From: Chlorokybus atmophyticus
Lineage: Eukaryota; Plantae; Mesostigma and Chlorokybus algae
Reading direction: 5' to 3'
DNA length: 64,000 nt
NCBI GenBank assembly: GCA_009103225.1
Contig: RHPI01002699.1
Coordinates: forward strand, 162,578-226,577
The notes below the pieces were generated by a model. That model was not told the DNA's origin, did no database searches, and was given only the letters and a program-made list of their open reading frames with translations. The position numbers were made by a program, and so were the translations under genes. Shown here one piece after another: positions 27,417-41,472 of the stretch (the first letter of the stretch is position 1; the number at the start of each line of letters is the position of its first letter).

Positions 27417-28180
27417 GTGCAAGCGTCCTCACCTTGTAGAGCTCTCGTATGCCTGATGACTTGCCGTGCGTGGACACGCCAGCAAAACACGCGCAACACG
27501 CCCTCACCAACGCCTCCTGTAAACACAATTTGCACCATTAGCATCACCACCGACACAACAACAACAACATCTTCATTATCCCCACCTGTTCTCCCTGCAG
27601 TTCTGTGCCGAGCACGTTGCGCGTGCGCGCCTGCCACGCGGCGGACTTGGCGCACGCGACGAAGTGGGACAGTCCGCCGCGGTAGAGCGTCGTGTGGGCG
27701 GCCTCGCGCGTCGCAGCGCACAGAGAACCCAACGCGCACATCGCCTGCACACGCACCTGAGACTCCACCTGCAGGCAGATGTGTGTGGGTATTAGTGGTT
27801 GGTGAGTTAGGCTGCTGTGTAACTGTGTGTGCGTGTATGTGCACGAGTGTGGATGTGTGCATGTCAAGAGTGACAAGAGTACTCCACACTACTTGTGCTG
27901 AACTGGTAAAGCAATGGTCATGAAAAAGGGTTCAGTGTCGAGGTATGTTGCTGGGCAGTGGTGCAGCATTGTCGTGTGGTTTGTGTGGTTGTGTGTGTAT
28001 GTCCTATGTGTGTCGACACACACCCCAACCTCAGTGGTGGGGTTGGGGTCGGTGGCGAGTATGCGCAGCAGGATGGAGTCAGCGCAGTGCTGCAACAACG
28101 CCGGCAGCATCGCGGGAATCTCCGCCAGCATTGCCATCGACCTCACACCCTACAACGATGGCATACCACAACGTCAGCAC

Positions 28181-28213
<33 letters not shown>

Positions 28214-31200
28214 ACAGCGCCCTCACCAGCAAGCGTATTTCCGGCTCAGATGCGCCCGCCAAACCCATCAGCGCAGCCACAGTGCCCGCGAGCTCCTCCC
28301 CACCCTTCTTCTCCTTGTTCTTGTTGTTGTCATCCTCCTTGCCCTCCTTGCCCTCCTCCTCCTCCTTGTTGTTGTTGTTGTTGTTGTTGTTGTCCTCCTT
28401 GTCCTTGGCCCTCTTTTCCTGCAGCACAGCGAGTCTCGCCAACAGCGCCGGCGTAGCGAGCGCAGCCAACGTCTTTGCCGCGTGTTGTAGCGGCCTCAGC
28501 GGCCACCCCGAATCCACACACACGCTGCTCGCATCCGCTGCAGCCAGTCTCGCCAACACGACGAGTCCCTCATCACTGCTGTTGTTGGAGCTTGTGATGT
28601 TGCTCGAGTGAGAACACAATAGCGTCAGCGCGCGGTGGGCCAGGCGCGTGACGGCGGGGTCGGGAGCGCTGTTGTAGAGGCGGGAGACGGGCTCGACGGC
28701 GCCGGCGGCAACGAGGGCGGGACGACAGTCGTGCACCTCGGCGAGAGTGGCGATGGTGGCGACGGCGGAGGCGTGGAGGTCGTACGTCTTGAGCATCTCG
28801 ACCTGACAGGGAATAGGAGTATGTGGGTATGCGTGTACAGTGCACGGTGTGGTGCACATGCCAGGCTACATGCATTGCTGTGACGAATGGCTCTGAAGGT
28901 ACTAACTTGCTTCACTGCACGGAAGTGGTGCACACGCACACGTATGCAGGCACGCACGCACACACACATACATTCGCGCGTGCGTGCGTGTGTGCCTGCG
29001 TGCATGTGGGTGGGTGGACACATACGCATATATACATGTGTCATTGTGCGCTTGTGCATGTGTGCATGCATTGCCTGCTTGCTCGTGTACCTACAAAGAG
29101 ACACGCGCTTGTGCGCACACTGTACGCGCGCGTGCAGACACTCTACCTCTCTTCCAACTGGCACGACAAGTACTACTACTACACGACGAGTTGGATGGTC
29201 CAGTTGTGCGAACAGTTGTGCAAGTAACAAGTGCCACGCAGTTCACCAAGATTGCCAATCACTGCGTCACAACAACAACAACAACAACCCCCAACTCACC
29301 AGCAGTCTCCCGCATCCCATGCCTGTGATGGCCCTCCTGTCCTCCCCGTCCGTTCCTGATGCGAGCGCCGCGAGGAGTCTGGACTCCAGTGCCAGCTCGC
29401 GGTGCTTGGTGGAGGGGGAGCGGGCGTACGGCTGGGGGGTGGGGGAGAGGAGGGGGAAGGGGGACACCTGGGGGGAGGGGATGGATGTGTGCAGGTGCAC
29501 GTGCACACGCACGTGCGCTCTATATGCACACACGCACGCACACGCACGCACGCACGCACGGTTGCATGCAAGTATGGTGCAACACAGGAGGGCTTAGTAG
29601 TGCAAAACTGCTGTTTACCGGTGTTGAGGTGTTGTTGTCTTGAGGTGCCACCGTGGCTGCAGGGAGGATCTCGATTGCGATGACGGCTGCGACGGCACCG
29701 CAGCTGAGCATGTCCCCACGCAGACTGGAGGGCGATTTGGTCAGTTGAGTGGGGTTGTGACCAACTGAGGTGGGCAAATTGGGTTTTTTTGTTCAAACCT
29801 TGGTTCGGATGCCATTTCGGTTAGTATCCTTAGAAGCAGGACTCGCAGACCCTCGCGACCGCAACTGCCGCCGGCCACCGTCACCACCGCAAGAACCTGG
29901 TTGTCGGTGCGTGTGGGTGCGAGCGGGGTGCTCAGCTACGCATGCATGCGCGTGCGCACGCGCGTGTGTGCATGCTTGACTGTGCATCATGGCAGCAGGG
30001 ATCCGTACCATCTGAGGAGTGCATGTTGTGCTATGCTGTGTGGCTCACCTTGCGTGCGGCTCTGCGGTCGTCTGCCAGGAGGGACCGCAGTGCCAGTGTG
30101 CGCGTTGCAGCTCTCTCCAAAAGCTTGGACAATACTGCATACACAACGCACATGTTTGCTGTGAGTCAAAGTCACCACAACACTCACGCACATGCGCACA
30201 CACAATACGAATACACCCACACGCGCGTGAACACACACACACACACACACCTGTTGCAGCGCATATGCGCGGGTCGCTCGTGGGGTTCTCCAAACTATCC
30301 GGGTTGGGGCTCACGATCGTCGTCTCAGACTCCGTCGGCGTCGTCGATGGCTTGTCCACAAGGTGGTTCGCGAGTCCAATCAACACGTTCGGCGCACACA
30401 GCTGCTGCGGCACATCACTCCTGCGCACACACAAGCCCACTCAGATTCTCAGTCAACTAACCACAGTTAACTAACCACTCTCCAAAATCCCTGTCAACTA
30501 ACCGAGACTTCCCAGTTACTCAAACCAAACCCCAGTCAAACTAAGCAAGAACACTCCAACTCATTCCAACTCAACTCCATCCCCCACCTCGAGCACATAG
30601 CCAAAGCGAGTGGTAACGCAGCCCCAGTCAATCCTCTATCCTTCTCTCTCCCCATCACTGAAGCCACGACGGACGCCACGGCTCCCTGCGACCCCGAGTT
30701 GGACACGAGCGCGCGCCACAGGGAGTCTTCCGTGCGAAGGAGGGCGAGGCAACGCAGGGAGGAGGAGGCGGCGGGGAGGCCGGGACGAGGTGGGGTGTGG
30801 TCTGAGGGATGGGGAGTGGGTATGTCATGCGTGTGGGACAGACATCGTGTTGAAGAGTGACTTTGTTTAACAAAGACATCCACGCATACCTTTGGTTTGG
30901 CCGGCGGTGGCAGCCATTGCGAGCGGGAGGGAAAGAAGTGCCGCCAGCACTGGCGTCTGTGTGAGCACATTGATGAGAGAGAAACGTAGCAAGTACAGCA
31001 TCAAGGGTTCTGATGTCTGTTTGTCAGCAAGGTTGCCGATATAAGCATGCGTGTGCGGGTAGGTGTGCGTGTGTGTGCATGCGTGTGCATGCGTGTGCGC
31101 GCGCACGCGTGCATATGCGTGTCACACCTGTAGCAGAGCTCCTCGCCACTTCTGTGTGGGTGCCACTGTCTCACACAGTTTGGCAGCACTTGCTTGCGTT

Positions 31201-34200
31201 GCTTCATGTAGGCAGCAGAGCCACTACAAAGCACCAAGACATTTTAGATAACAAGTACACAGTACTACTTGATCAAACTGCAGGTGCACATTGCTGAACA
31301 GAGATCCAGCGTATGTATACTCACCGCTGGCAAGCAGGCAACAAGCGCTTCGCTCGAAGCCAACAACTCCGCCAGCTCGACGCTGTGACACAACCGCAGG
31401 CACAAGGCCACCACATCCGCCCTGACTGCCACCAAAGCGGGGCTCGCAGGACTTGACAATGTTGGTGTCGAGGATGTGGGTGAAACAGGAGAACTGCTCT
31501 TGTTGTTGTGTTGTTGTTGTTGTTGCATTGTGCGCAAGAGCGCGAGGAGCCTCTGCACAGCAGCAACTACACCCGCCTGCCACCCAACAGAAGGAAAGTG
31601 AGACAAGGCATGCACTCACACACGCACACGCATGTGCGCAGGTGCCCGTGCGTGCGTATGTGCATAGATGCGCGTGATAGGTGCACGCACGCACGCATGT
31701 ATGCGCACACATCCTACCTCCACCCATGCTTGCGGTATCTCCGTGGCCGTGGCCGCAAGTGCGACGAGTGCGCTCAGCACAGCGCTCTGCATGCGGGTGT
31801 GTTGGGTTTGTTGGGTCCCGGGACCCAAGTCAGTATCACTAATCGCCTGGGTCCCGGGACCTGCATTGGGACCAGGACCGGGATCTTGGGACCCGGCGAT
31901 GCGGCAGAGAGAGGCTAAAGCAGGCGAGCGCGCTATGGACAGCCTTTGAGACTCTGAGAAAGAGAGAAATCGAGGGGTTTCAGTCATTGGCTTAGATAGC
32001 ATTTACTTAGATCTTGTTCTCAACTCTACAGTCAGTGCGTGCATGCGAGCGTGCGTGTGTGTGCGCGCACGCATACTTGTGAGCGCGCACAGATGCATGT
32101 GTAGGTGCACGCCTGCGCACATATGCACGCATACATATGCATGCATGCGCATGTGTCCGCGCGTGTGCATGCGTGCGCATGTGTCCGCGCGTGTGCATGC
32201 GTGCGTGTGCGTGTGTATCACTCACCGTCGTCAGCGAGTTTACGCACGGCTTCAGCAACAGCGATGACGACCTGCGCATGGGCGTGCCAGTCTGCGGCGC
32301 TGTCGCCGGTATCCGCGGGGACGATGTCGGTCAGCGCCGCCGCCACATCCGCCAAGGAAGTCCCCAACGCCACCTGCCAAAGATAGGTGTGTGTGTGTGT
32401 GTGTGTCCATGAGTTACTCGGTGAAATCCCAAGCATGTTGGGATCGTGTCTCACGTACTTGCACTGATGTGTCTGTGGCCATGGAAGCTAATATGTCTGT
32501 TGCCATCACGCGCGCTTTGCTTGCGAGGGCAGTGAGACTCGCGCACTGCCAGCTGGTGATGCATTGATAGATGTGAGTATCAACATTCCAACAGGCTATG
32601 TGTTAGCAGATAGCCATACCGTGTTCGTGCCGCAGGCGTGTCCTCACTATCGGGCAAAGCTGGCTGCTGGACCATCTTCACTAGTGTAGGCAACATGCCA
32701 GCCTCCAGAACTGCACACACGCGTGTCAGAACACATGACGCCCACCTACCCACCCACCCACGCACACACGCGCATAGACGCGAGCGCGCGCAGGCACGCA
32801 TACATCTGGACTGGTCTGCCCACACGTGTAACTCTCGAGTATCGAATAACAGTTCCAACATCAGCTCTGGTCTCACCCCAGTGACGAACAGACGACGCCA
32901 GCGTGCGCTGTGCAGTGTGGCTCTCTGTCTCACTGACAACACCAACAGGCGCCGCAGTCGATGTGGGGCTTCCCGCCGGCGAGCTCACCAACACAACAAC
33001 CACCCTTTCCAGCCCGGGACCCGTGCACAGGTCCTGGACCAGGCTCAGGGCCTCGAGGACGGTCGGTTTGGGGACTTCCTCGGTTGGGTCGGCGCTGCTG
33101 CATGGGTGACTGGTGGTTAGGTGACCGGGGTTGGTTTCAACCTTGTCAGTTAGGTTGTTGGTTAGCTTGGAGGATCAGTTCGATGGTAGCTTACGTAGTT
33201 GTTGAACTGAAGCTGGTTCGGCGTACGCTTAACCGGCGCGGTCTTGGGGTCTTGCTAACACTGGCCTGAAAACACGACTTGATGAGACTTATGTGTATTA
33301 CCACACTATCGTCACACACGCACACATATGTGTACTGTACCTTTGTGATGGGTTCGCATAGTGCAGTGATCAAGCGTGCACCGCCTGCTGATACGAGATT
33401 GGCCCGCACTTCGTCATCGGGTGAGATGGAAGATGGTGGCATTGATGATGAGGGTGGGCCGGAGGACCGTAGAAGGTTCGCCAAGGTGGCCCAGGCCTGT
33501 ACATGTGTACAGGTGAATCCATACATGCAATGGTTGTGTACATGTCAGCACATGCGCATGTACACGTGCACTCTTACTCTCACAAAGCAGCATGCACACG
33601 TGCATGCGTGCGTGCACGTGGACGTGGACGTGCATGTGCGTGTAGGCGCACGTGCGCATACACACTGACGTACGCACGCCATGCACACCTAATCATACAC
33701 GCATACACGCCCCTCCTCACAACAACGCACGCATGCACGCGCGCATACATACACACGCATAGACACGCGGGTGTGCCCGCCTGTGTCTTGGCTTGCATGC
33801 ATGTTTGTGCACACGCGCACACCAGCGGTATGTGCATAGTGCACGTACCGCATTGCGGACCAGGTTGGCATTCTCCAACGCACTGCTCTCATCCGTCATC
33901 ATTGCAAGTGAGGCCAGCGCGGATGCAAAACCCGGCGCGGTTACTCTCAATGCTTGGCGAGACGAAGAAGCAACCAAAGCAGACGCAACAGCCTGAGAAG
34001 AGACCATGTTGATTGACCATGGTTAGTTGATCTCGGTTACTTGACCAGAGTCAGACTGACCTGTTCGCGTAGAGCCGCGTGTGTGACGGAAGTGGACACG
34101 ACAACTAACCGAGAAACCAACATCTCGCGCCCGCGAGAGAGGGCGTCTCGGCCCATGTCGGATCTGACCAATGACGCTACTGCCCTCGCACCTGATGGGA

Positions 34201-34228
34201 GAAGAGTGAGTCAGTTGGTTGGTGCGAC

Positions 34229-34268
<40 letters not shown>

Positions 34269-36780
34269 ACCTGCGAGCATGGCGGGGGCTGGGCGTGAAG
34301 CTTTGCCTGCGACGGGGACGAGTGGGAGCGCGAGGGCCTTGTCGAGGAGGGCACGCAGTGCTGCCACCACACCCTCAGACCTACGAAGCCACATCAATAC
34401 CAACATCATTATGTTGGGCTTGCACTCGACAACTATGGCACCTTAGGGATGTGGCGTGGGTGGCGGGATCGGTAAGGAGGGCCGCCACGTCCGCGAGGTG
34501 CTTCTCAGCGTCGCGGGAAGTGCCAGCGGGAGAAACCGCCAGAGCTGTGAGAAGGTGTGGGTGTGTGGGTGTGTGAGTAAACAGAACATTATGCTGTCAC
34601 ACAGCAAGCCCAACTGACCTGCGATTGCTGCGGTGATGGAGGCGGGGAGGCGTGCGGGCCCAACTTGACTCCTCAGCAGGTTACCCGTAGTAAACATAGA
34701 GGGCTGCAGCGCATATAGCGGAGTGAACCAAGGGAGAGCGTTGAACAACCACAACAACAACAACAACAACAAACACACATACAGCATGGTGTGCGTGTGC
34801 ATGCACCTGCGCACACGCACACGCACACGCACACGCACACGCACAACATACATACACATACACACCTGCACGAATGTCCCGTAACCCGGAGCTCTTTCAA
34901 CTGCCGACATCGGTCCGAATCCTCCTCTCGGCGACGGCAGCGGTCCTGATATCGTCCTCGGCGACGACGGCACAGAGTTAGCGGGTCTCACGCCAGTGCG
35001 AGGAGATGTTGGGTTGGGCGGATATCGGCTACTGGTACTGTTGACGATATCGGCCCCGGGCACCGATAACAACGGCGGCCTGCCTTTGGGAGATATAATC
35101 CCGTTTCCATCCGAGACCGAATTCGACCTCGCTCGCCTTTCAGGTGAGGTTGATATCAGTTGTTGTACAACGTTGATATCGAGTTCGCTCACGGTGGATC
35201 GGCGTTGTCTGCTCAACATCGGCACGGCTGCGTTGATCTCTCTGGACTCAAGTGGAGATATCCGCGGCGGACGGGCGAAGTAGTCCCCATCAGCGGTTGT
35301 GGCGCGTGCACGTGGGGCGGACATCGGCCGCGGGGGCGTGGATGATGCGGATGTCAATGATACCGTCGAGAACGAGTCCACGGAGGATTCAGGGCTCCGT
35401 TGTCTGTCGGTATACGGTGAAACATCGCTTGGGCCTGAACAGTGTTGGTCATGTCATGCACATGAACACACACCAATGCGCATGCGTGAACAAATGCGCA
35501 CGCGCGCACGCGCACTCACGCTCTCACGCAGGCACACCCACGCGTTCAGTGCACATGTCACTCATGTCATGCACGCACGCGCGCGCACACACACACACAC
35601 ACAGACGTATGACTTTGATATCTACCTGCTTGTCCGCGCTGGCGGATGGGACTCGGTGACCTCACGCTTCCACCTGAGGCACACAAGCACAAACCCAGCC
35701 GTTTGCCATGGGTGTGCAGGTGGTATGTGTACACCATGCATGTGTGTGCTTACAACAAATAAGCACACACACATGCATTCCTTACCTGCAATGGGTAGGG
35801 CTTTCACTGATGAGCGTGCGTTCATGGAGCGGCCAAAAGCGACGCGCTGATCCAATCTGCCACTCACGCTGCTCACGCAAAAGTGTGTGTTATCAATATG
35901 TGGGTGAATACGATTGTTACTATTGTTATGGTAGTCAAGCTGACTGCAAAAATAATTCTGCAGGGCTAACAATACAGAGACTAACACACCTAACACACAT
36001 ACATACCGCGTGAAGTGCTACACGAATATCACATCAAGTGCGCGTGTCGGTGTGTGAGCTAGTGGGTGTATGGGTCAGTGGTGGGTGTGGGTGTGGGTGT
36101 GCGTGTGCGTGCGTGCCTGCGCCTATGCGTCTTGCGTACGTGCCCGCGCGTGCGTGCGTATGTGAGTGCGTGTGCGGTGGTAAAGCACGCCACTTTTTTT
36201 TATCATCATCGCAGAGACTCTGCTACTGTTTCACGGGAGACATCATCTAACACCACTCGCGCTAAGACTGTCATTGACATATCAACGACATAGACCCACA
36301 CTCAACCAAGATTCACTCTCTCATTCACTCTCTTTACACAAACCTTCTCATAGGCGACGCCGCCCTCATACGGTTCCCGGACCCAACCCCGTTGTCACTC
36401 CAGCTGGACCCAATCCCAGTCCCGGACCCGGTCTCACTGCCTGGCGACAGCTGCGGAGGGGAATGCGCCTGGGACTTCACTCCATCACCGACGTAGCCAC
36501 CGGTGGCCAGGATGTTGGGCGGGACGTCTGTTAGTGCCACCCTGATGACGGGCCTGCCGCCGCCGCCTGCCAGGCCGGCCTCGCCAGCCAGGCCGGCCAG
36601 GCCAGCGGCGGCGGCGGCGATAACATCGACGTTCTCCATACGAGCCGGCACTCTCAGCAGCCACCGCGTATCGTCCTCCTCGTCATGGTCATCGTCAACA
36701 ATGTCTACGACGTCTACAACCCCAACCTCAACCCCACCACCACCACCGCCGCCGCTGTGGCCAGTGTGGGCCTCGGCTAC
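26158..36780 (-). CDS. Large multi-exon armadillo/HEAT-like helical repeat protein with Ser/Pro-rich disordered N-terminus; boundaries approximate
   Basis: Many short GT-AG exons with ARM-like text (ALVAAGAVEPVSRLYNS, VRANLVSAGGARLITAL, LEAGMLPTLVKMV, ATRAHAVTALRAC, EKIGAAPVIPALVNVC). Last exon ends at stop 26158. 5' end unresolved. Confidence 0.6.
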
Positions 36781-37354
36781 TTGTCTTTGGATTTCAGATC
36801 TATAGTCTTAGCCATAATTAAACCTGAAGCTGAACGTCGGTGGCACGTGACTGAGACTCATCACGGACTCGTCACTTTGAAGAAGTGAAGAAACGATGGT
36901 ACGAAGGAATGGCTATTGCGCCCTATCGGCATACTTTACATTCAGTTATGCGCACATATGCCAATTTGCGAGAGAAAGTGGGACCTACATGGACACATCG
37001 TGTTACAAGCACGTGTGTTCATGTAGGACACGAAGCTTGTAGGAAGTCATACTTTGAAGATGTTGGAAATATCATTTTATTTCAATTGCAAGGCCCCTTT
37101 CAGCAATGATGACATTTGTGGAACCATAATTTATTTACATGTTAAGGTGTGAAGGGCAAATGAACACATGTCGTTAAAAAGTGTCATGAAGTTTACAAGC
37201 TTCAAGATAAATACTCATCCGATTGTGAGGCAGGGTGTGGTTAAACCACATTGATAACATGTATGTTGCTAGCCACAGTATGATGCTTTAACATAATTTG
37301 TTTGTTGGATAACCGCTGTTGGACACAACAGCGCAGCATCGATGACAACGGCAG

Positions 37355-38118
37355 CAGCGTGCTGCATGCCGTGCATGGGACTATATGCGCGCCAACAAGT
37401 GCAAACTCCAACCCTGAGTGCAGCGACGCAGTAGCAGCCAATCGGATGGCATATTGTTAAGATGGCCTGAGGAGGGAGGGTGTGGGGAAGGGAGGAGAGA
37501 GGGGGAGTCCAAGTCCTGCTGCTGTTGTGACCGCTGGTGCTGTTGCAATGGGCTGCTAACTATGATGGCGCCAATGCTGGTAAGCATGACTGTAACGCGT
37601 TCATGCATGACTAACAGGGGGGTGTAGAGATAGGTGTAGGAGTAGAGTATGTAGCCCAGATGTCGTGTATGTAGCAACGAGGTGCAACGAGGTGTTGTGC
37701 ACAGTGTTGCATGCGTGGTGTGGTCTAAATGGGCATACCCCTCTTGCATATTCTATACATACTACGCCTTAGGATGTCGACATGAGACAGTAAATGGCCA
37801 ATGTTGGCCATTTATGGCAAGCCAGGTTGGCACATACTGCGCATGCTGTGCATGGGACTGTATGCTGCGCGCCAATGGGTGCAAACCCCAACCCTGTCTG
37901 CAGCGACGCAGCGGCGGCCTATCAGACTGCAGAGCCTCAAGACGGCGGGAGGAGGGAGGAGGGAGGGGGAGTCCAAGTCCTGCTGCTGTTGTGTGACCGC
38001 TGGTGCTGCTGCAAATGAGCGCTAACCATAATGGCTCTTATGCAAATCATCATGACTGTTATGCGTGCATGCATGACTAACAGGGGGGGCGTAGAGGTTG
38101 GCGTAAGAGTAGAGTAGG
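37355..38118 (+). repeat. Diverged direct repeat, two ~290-bp copies (37355-37650, 37838-38118), with related fragments near 38900-39000 and 40060-40160
   Basis: Shared blocks GTGCATGGGACT, CCAACCCTG..GCAGCGACGCAG, GGGGAGTCCAAGTCCTGCTGCTGTTGT and CATGCATGACTAACAGGGGGG. Confidence 0.75.
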
Positions 38119-41100
38119 TTGTTGGCAGGCTACTAGGCGCAAAAAGCGTTACAGTATGGGCCAACAGATATTTTTATAAATAGTTTATAATTAATCAATC
38201 CTTTTCTCATATAACCTTGCTAAGAGAATATAAACACCATGGTGTTTATGTTCTCTTGTGAACCATATAAATATTTTGTCATATCAACTTTGAAACCACA
38301 ATTACTCTTAAACCATTATGTTCTTTCATTAAGATACGGGGCAACATTTACACATGTGTGGGTTGTGAAGGTTGCTTTGAACGTTTTAGATGCCTTCACC
38401 AGGCATGTGAAGGTCAAATACATGATTATGAACGACCTCTTTTTTGTAACCCGCGACAGATACGCCGCCATGACTCGGTTACACCTTGTCAGAAATCACT
38501 TAACCGCTGCAAGGCAGTGTCTTAACGTTTCCGCCATTAGCATAGCATTTAAAGGCGTTGGTTTCGGTGACTACCTACGGCAAACCACTCACGATTGGAT
38601 GCGTTGAGGTCCGGTAACAGCCATTAGGTCATCATGCAATGCATGAGGTGACTATGTAAAGTTCAAGAGCATGAAAGTGATGCTAGTGCAATGCTGTTAA
38701 TAATATTATATATGAGTATGCATGGATCTTATAAGAAAGGGTGCAAAATGTGTTAACATGCTTTCTTCACAATCATACATAAACGTATGTAAGTTGCCAG
38801 ACTTTCATGGCTTCATATTGTGTGCGTTGCAAAATAGCAATTGAGTGCATTGGGTCGAGTTTTGAGCCTGATAGCGTGCCAACAGCCCGTTGGTAGCATG
38901 GTGGTCGTGTATGTAGCAATGAGGTGAGTGTGGTGTGCAGAGTGTTGCATGCATGGTGCGGACCGGATGGGCATACCCCTCTCGCATTTCCTATACGTAG
39001 TTGTGGTTATCTGGTTACATGTACGCACATGTCCCGTATGCAAGCTCCAAATCGAATTGCATCCAATGCACCATTTAACTCTACTAATGAACGCAACATG
39101 CGCTCCTGTAGGTTGCACAAGAACATAGCGCTATGTTTTTCAGCGCTTAATTGTATTGCCGATTCTAGCAGACCCTGTCACTTCAGCGTGATCGCGCAGT
39201 TTACTTTGTTAATGCAATTCAATGACAAATTTAGCCACACCTCGATGGATAGGGTTGATCGCAAGCAAAATTATTGAACAATACCGTATTGTATTGTCGT
39301 GACGAGTGGCAAAAGACTTAATCAACATATGCTTTTGCATATCATACGTGAAGTAACTTTATATTGTATTGCACATGATTGCAATTGTGCACGTTGTCAT
39401 GTGCGGCCAGAATGTTTCCCATTCATAGCTATTGCAATGCAATATGCTACAACCCGTACATTACATGTTTAAAATTGTGATATGAGTGGTGGCGGCTGTC
39501 TGCAGGTGCTGTTTGTTTCACACCATGCATGTTAATATGTGCTTGACGCCATGCATGTGCTTATTATAGCATGCATGTGCTCGTTATAGCATACCTATGC
39601 TTGCACACATGTACAAGTAGCGTCCTTTTTCACACTCACAACAGCACTTTAGGCTAGCCACCACTCGCGGTTACTCGCACATGTTGCGGCATACGGCTGC
39701 AAGCTTCATATGGCAGTACTGGTATGCATTGTGCAAAAAAAACACAGTGCTTATGCAAGGCTTATGCAAGCTGTGTTACGAAGTGTGTGCAAGTGGTCCT
39801 AGTGGGTGCTCGACCGAGGGCACCGTCTGTGAGTGTGGATGGTTTAGATAGCTAATAGTAGTGCCTGCCTTGTTGGCCATGCATGGCAGTGCTTGAAATG
39901 AGGACAATTAACTGTGACCACATGGGGAACACATTGGTTTGACTGTGCGAGGAACGTGGCGCCCACATCGACAATTCGGTTGGCTAAAGGAGTGTACGAC
40001 ATGTTGTGCGTGCGGGTGCATGACTAGTAACAAGAGAGTAGAGACGGTGAGGTGTATGGGAGGGAGCGGGAGTCCATCCTCCTGCTGCTGTTGTTGTCGC
40101 TGCTGCTATGAATTGGCTGTTGACCATGGCGCTTGTGCAAATGACTGCAATGCTTGCCATGTTGGCTGACTATGATTGTTGTTAATTGCGTTATGACTGC
40201 TTGTGAGCCTTGTACGAAGCTGTGCACTAACTGTGCACTAACTTGTGTGTCGTCTACTCTATCCCAACGACTACTTGTGGGGCTGACTCATGACTCACTA
40301 TGCACTCCAACCACGCGTGCAAAAGGCCTGCCGCCGTTAACAACCCTCCCGAGTGCCAGTGCCATTACATCAGCGGCCGCCACAACAGCCACATTCACAA
40401 GCGCAGCACGCACAGCACTCCCCTCACACCCGCCACCAGCCCTGCCTCTGCTGTTTGCTGCTGCTGCTGTCTTGCTTGCCTCCGCAACTGCCAGTCCTAA
40501 CATCTAGCGCCCTGTGGTACTAGGTCCGCTGCTCTTTGCCCTGTTGCTGTGACCATCTGCTTGCCCTGCTGCTCCATCCCCACCCCGCCACATGCACTTA
40601 GCTAGAACACGTAGGTACCTAGTTAGGCTTGCCCCTGAGCCCGCTTTGATTGATAAGTGCTTGTGGCTGCACTGCTGTGTGTGCGTGCATGTTGCTTGTT
40701 ATTATTTGCATGTGCGGGAAGCCCATATATAAAGTGGGCTGTGCCACACATTCGCAACCATGCTGATGCATTTGTAAATTTAAACCACGCCAGCAAACAA
40801 GCAATGAAATAGATGCATGCATGTCTGACAGGGGGGAAGTAGTTGGTAGGGTTAGGGGCAGTAGGGCGGTAGATAGCATGCAGGCGCATGCCTTAACTCA
40901 GTGGTCAAGTTGGTGAGTGGTGGTTGTGGTTGTGGCTTTCCATGTTCACGCAGATTTGCATGTGCGCGTTCCCTTTGCATCTTTACACATTACGTAAATT
41001 GTTGTCGCCCACCTCGCTCTCACCTCCGTAACCATTGCTAAGTTGCTTGGAAACCCAGGAATTGTTCTGGCGTCCAGCCGTTGTATTGGCCGTGCCTATG

Positions 41101-41472
41101 TACCACTGTAGTATGGTTCGTGTGCGGTGGCAATCACTCACGCTACAAGCATGAGAGTTTGCCACCGCATATGAACCATATGCTGCAAAAATTCCTACAA
41201 GAACTGGTGCGTGCACTTCGCAGCAGAAGACCAGCAACCACACAGCACGTAGCACAAAGTACATCAACATACTGCACGCATCTGGTTACGGATCAAACAT
41301 GTACAAGTTCTCCATGTAGGAGCACGCTACTTCCGATGATGGCAGCTATGCTAGTTGTTTCAAGCGAAACACAACTTGCAAGCAAGGTGTGTTAGGCAAA
41401 AGGCGTATGGACAAGGGCAACGCAGCTACTGTTGACCAGCCGACAAATAAAAACTGCAAGCCACTAAACAGC

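Noticed and set aside
27350-34270. (TTG/AAC)n runs as poly-Q/N/C protein tracts
   Set aside because: Most lie next to splice sites inside introns; only the 28300-28400 tract falls in an exon frame.
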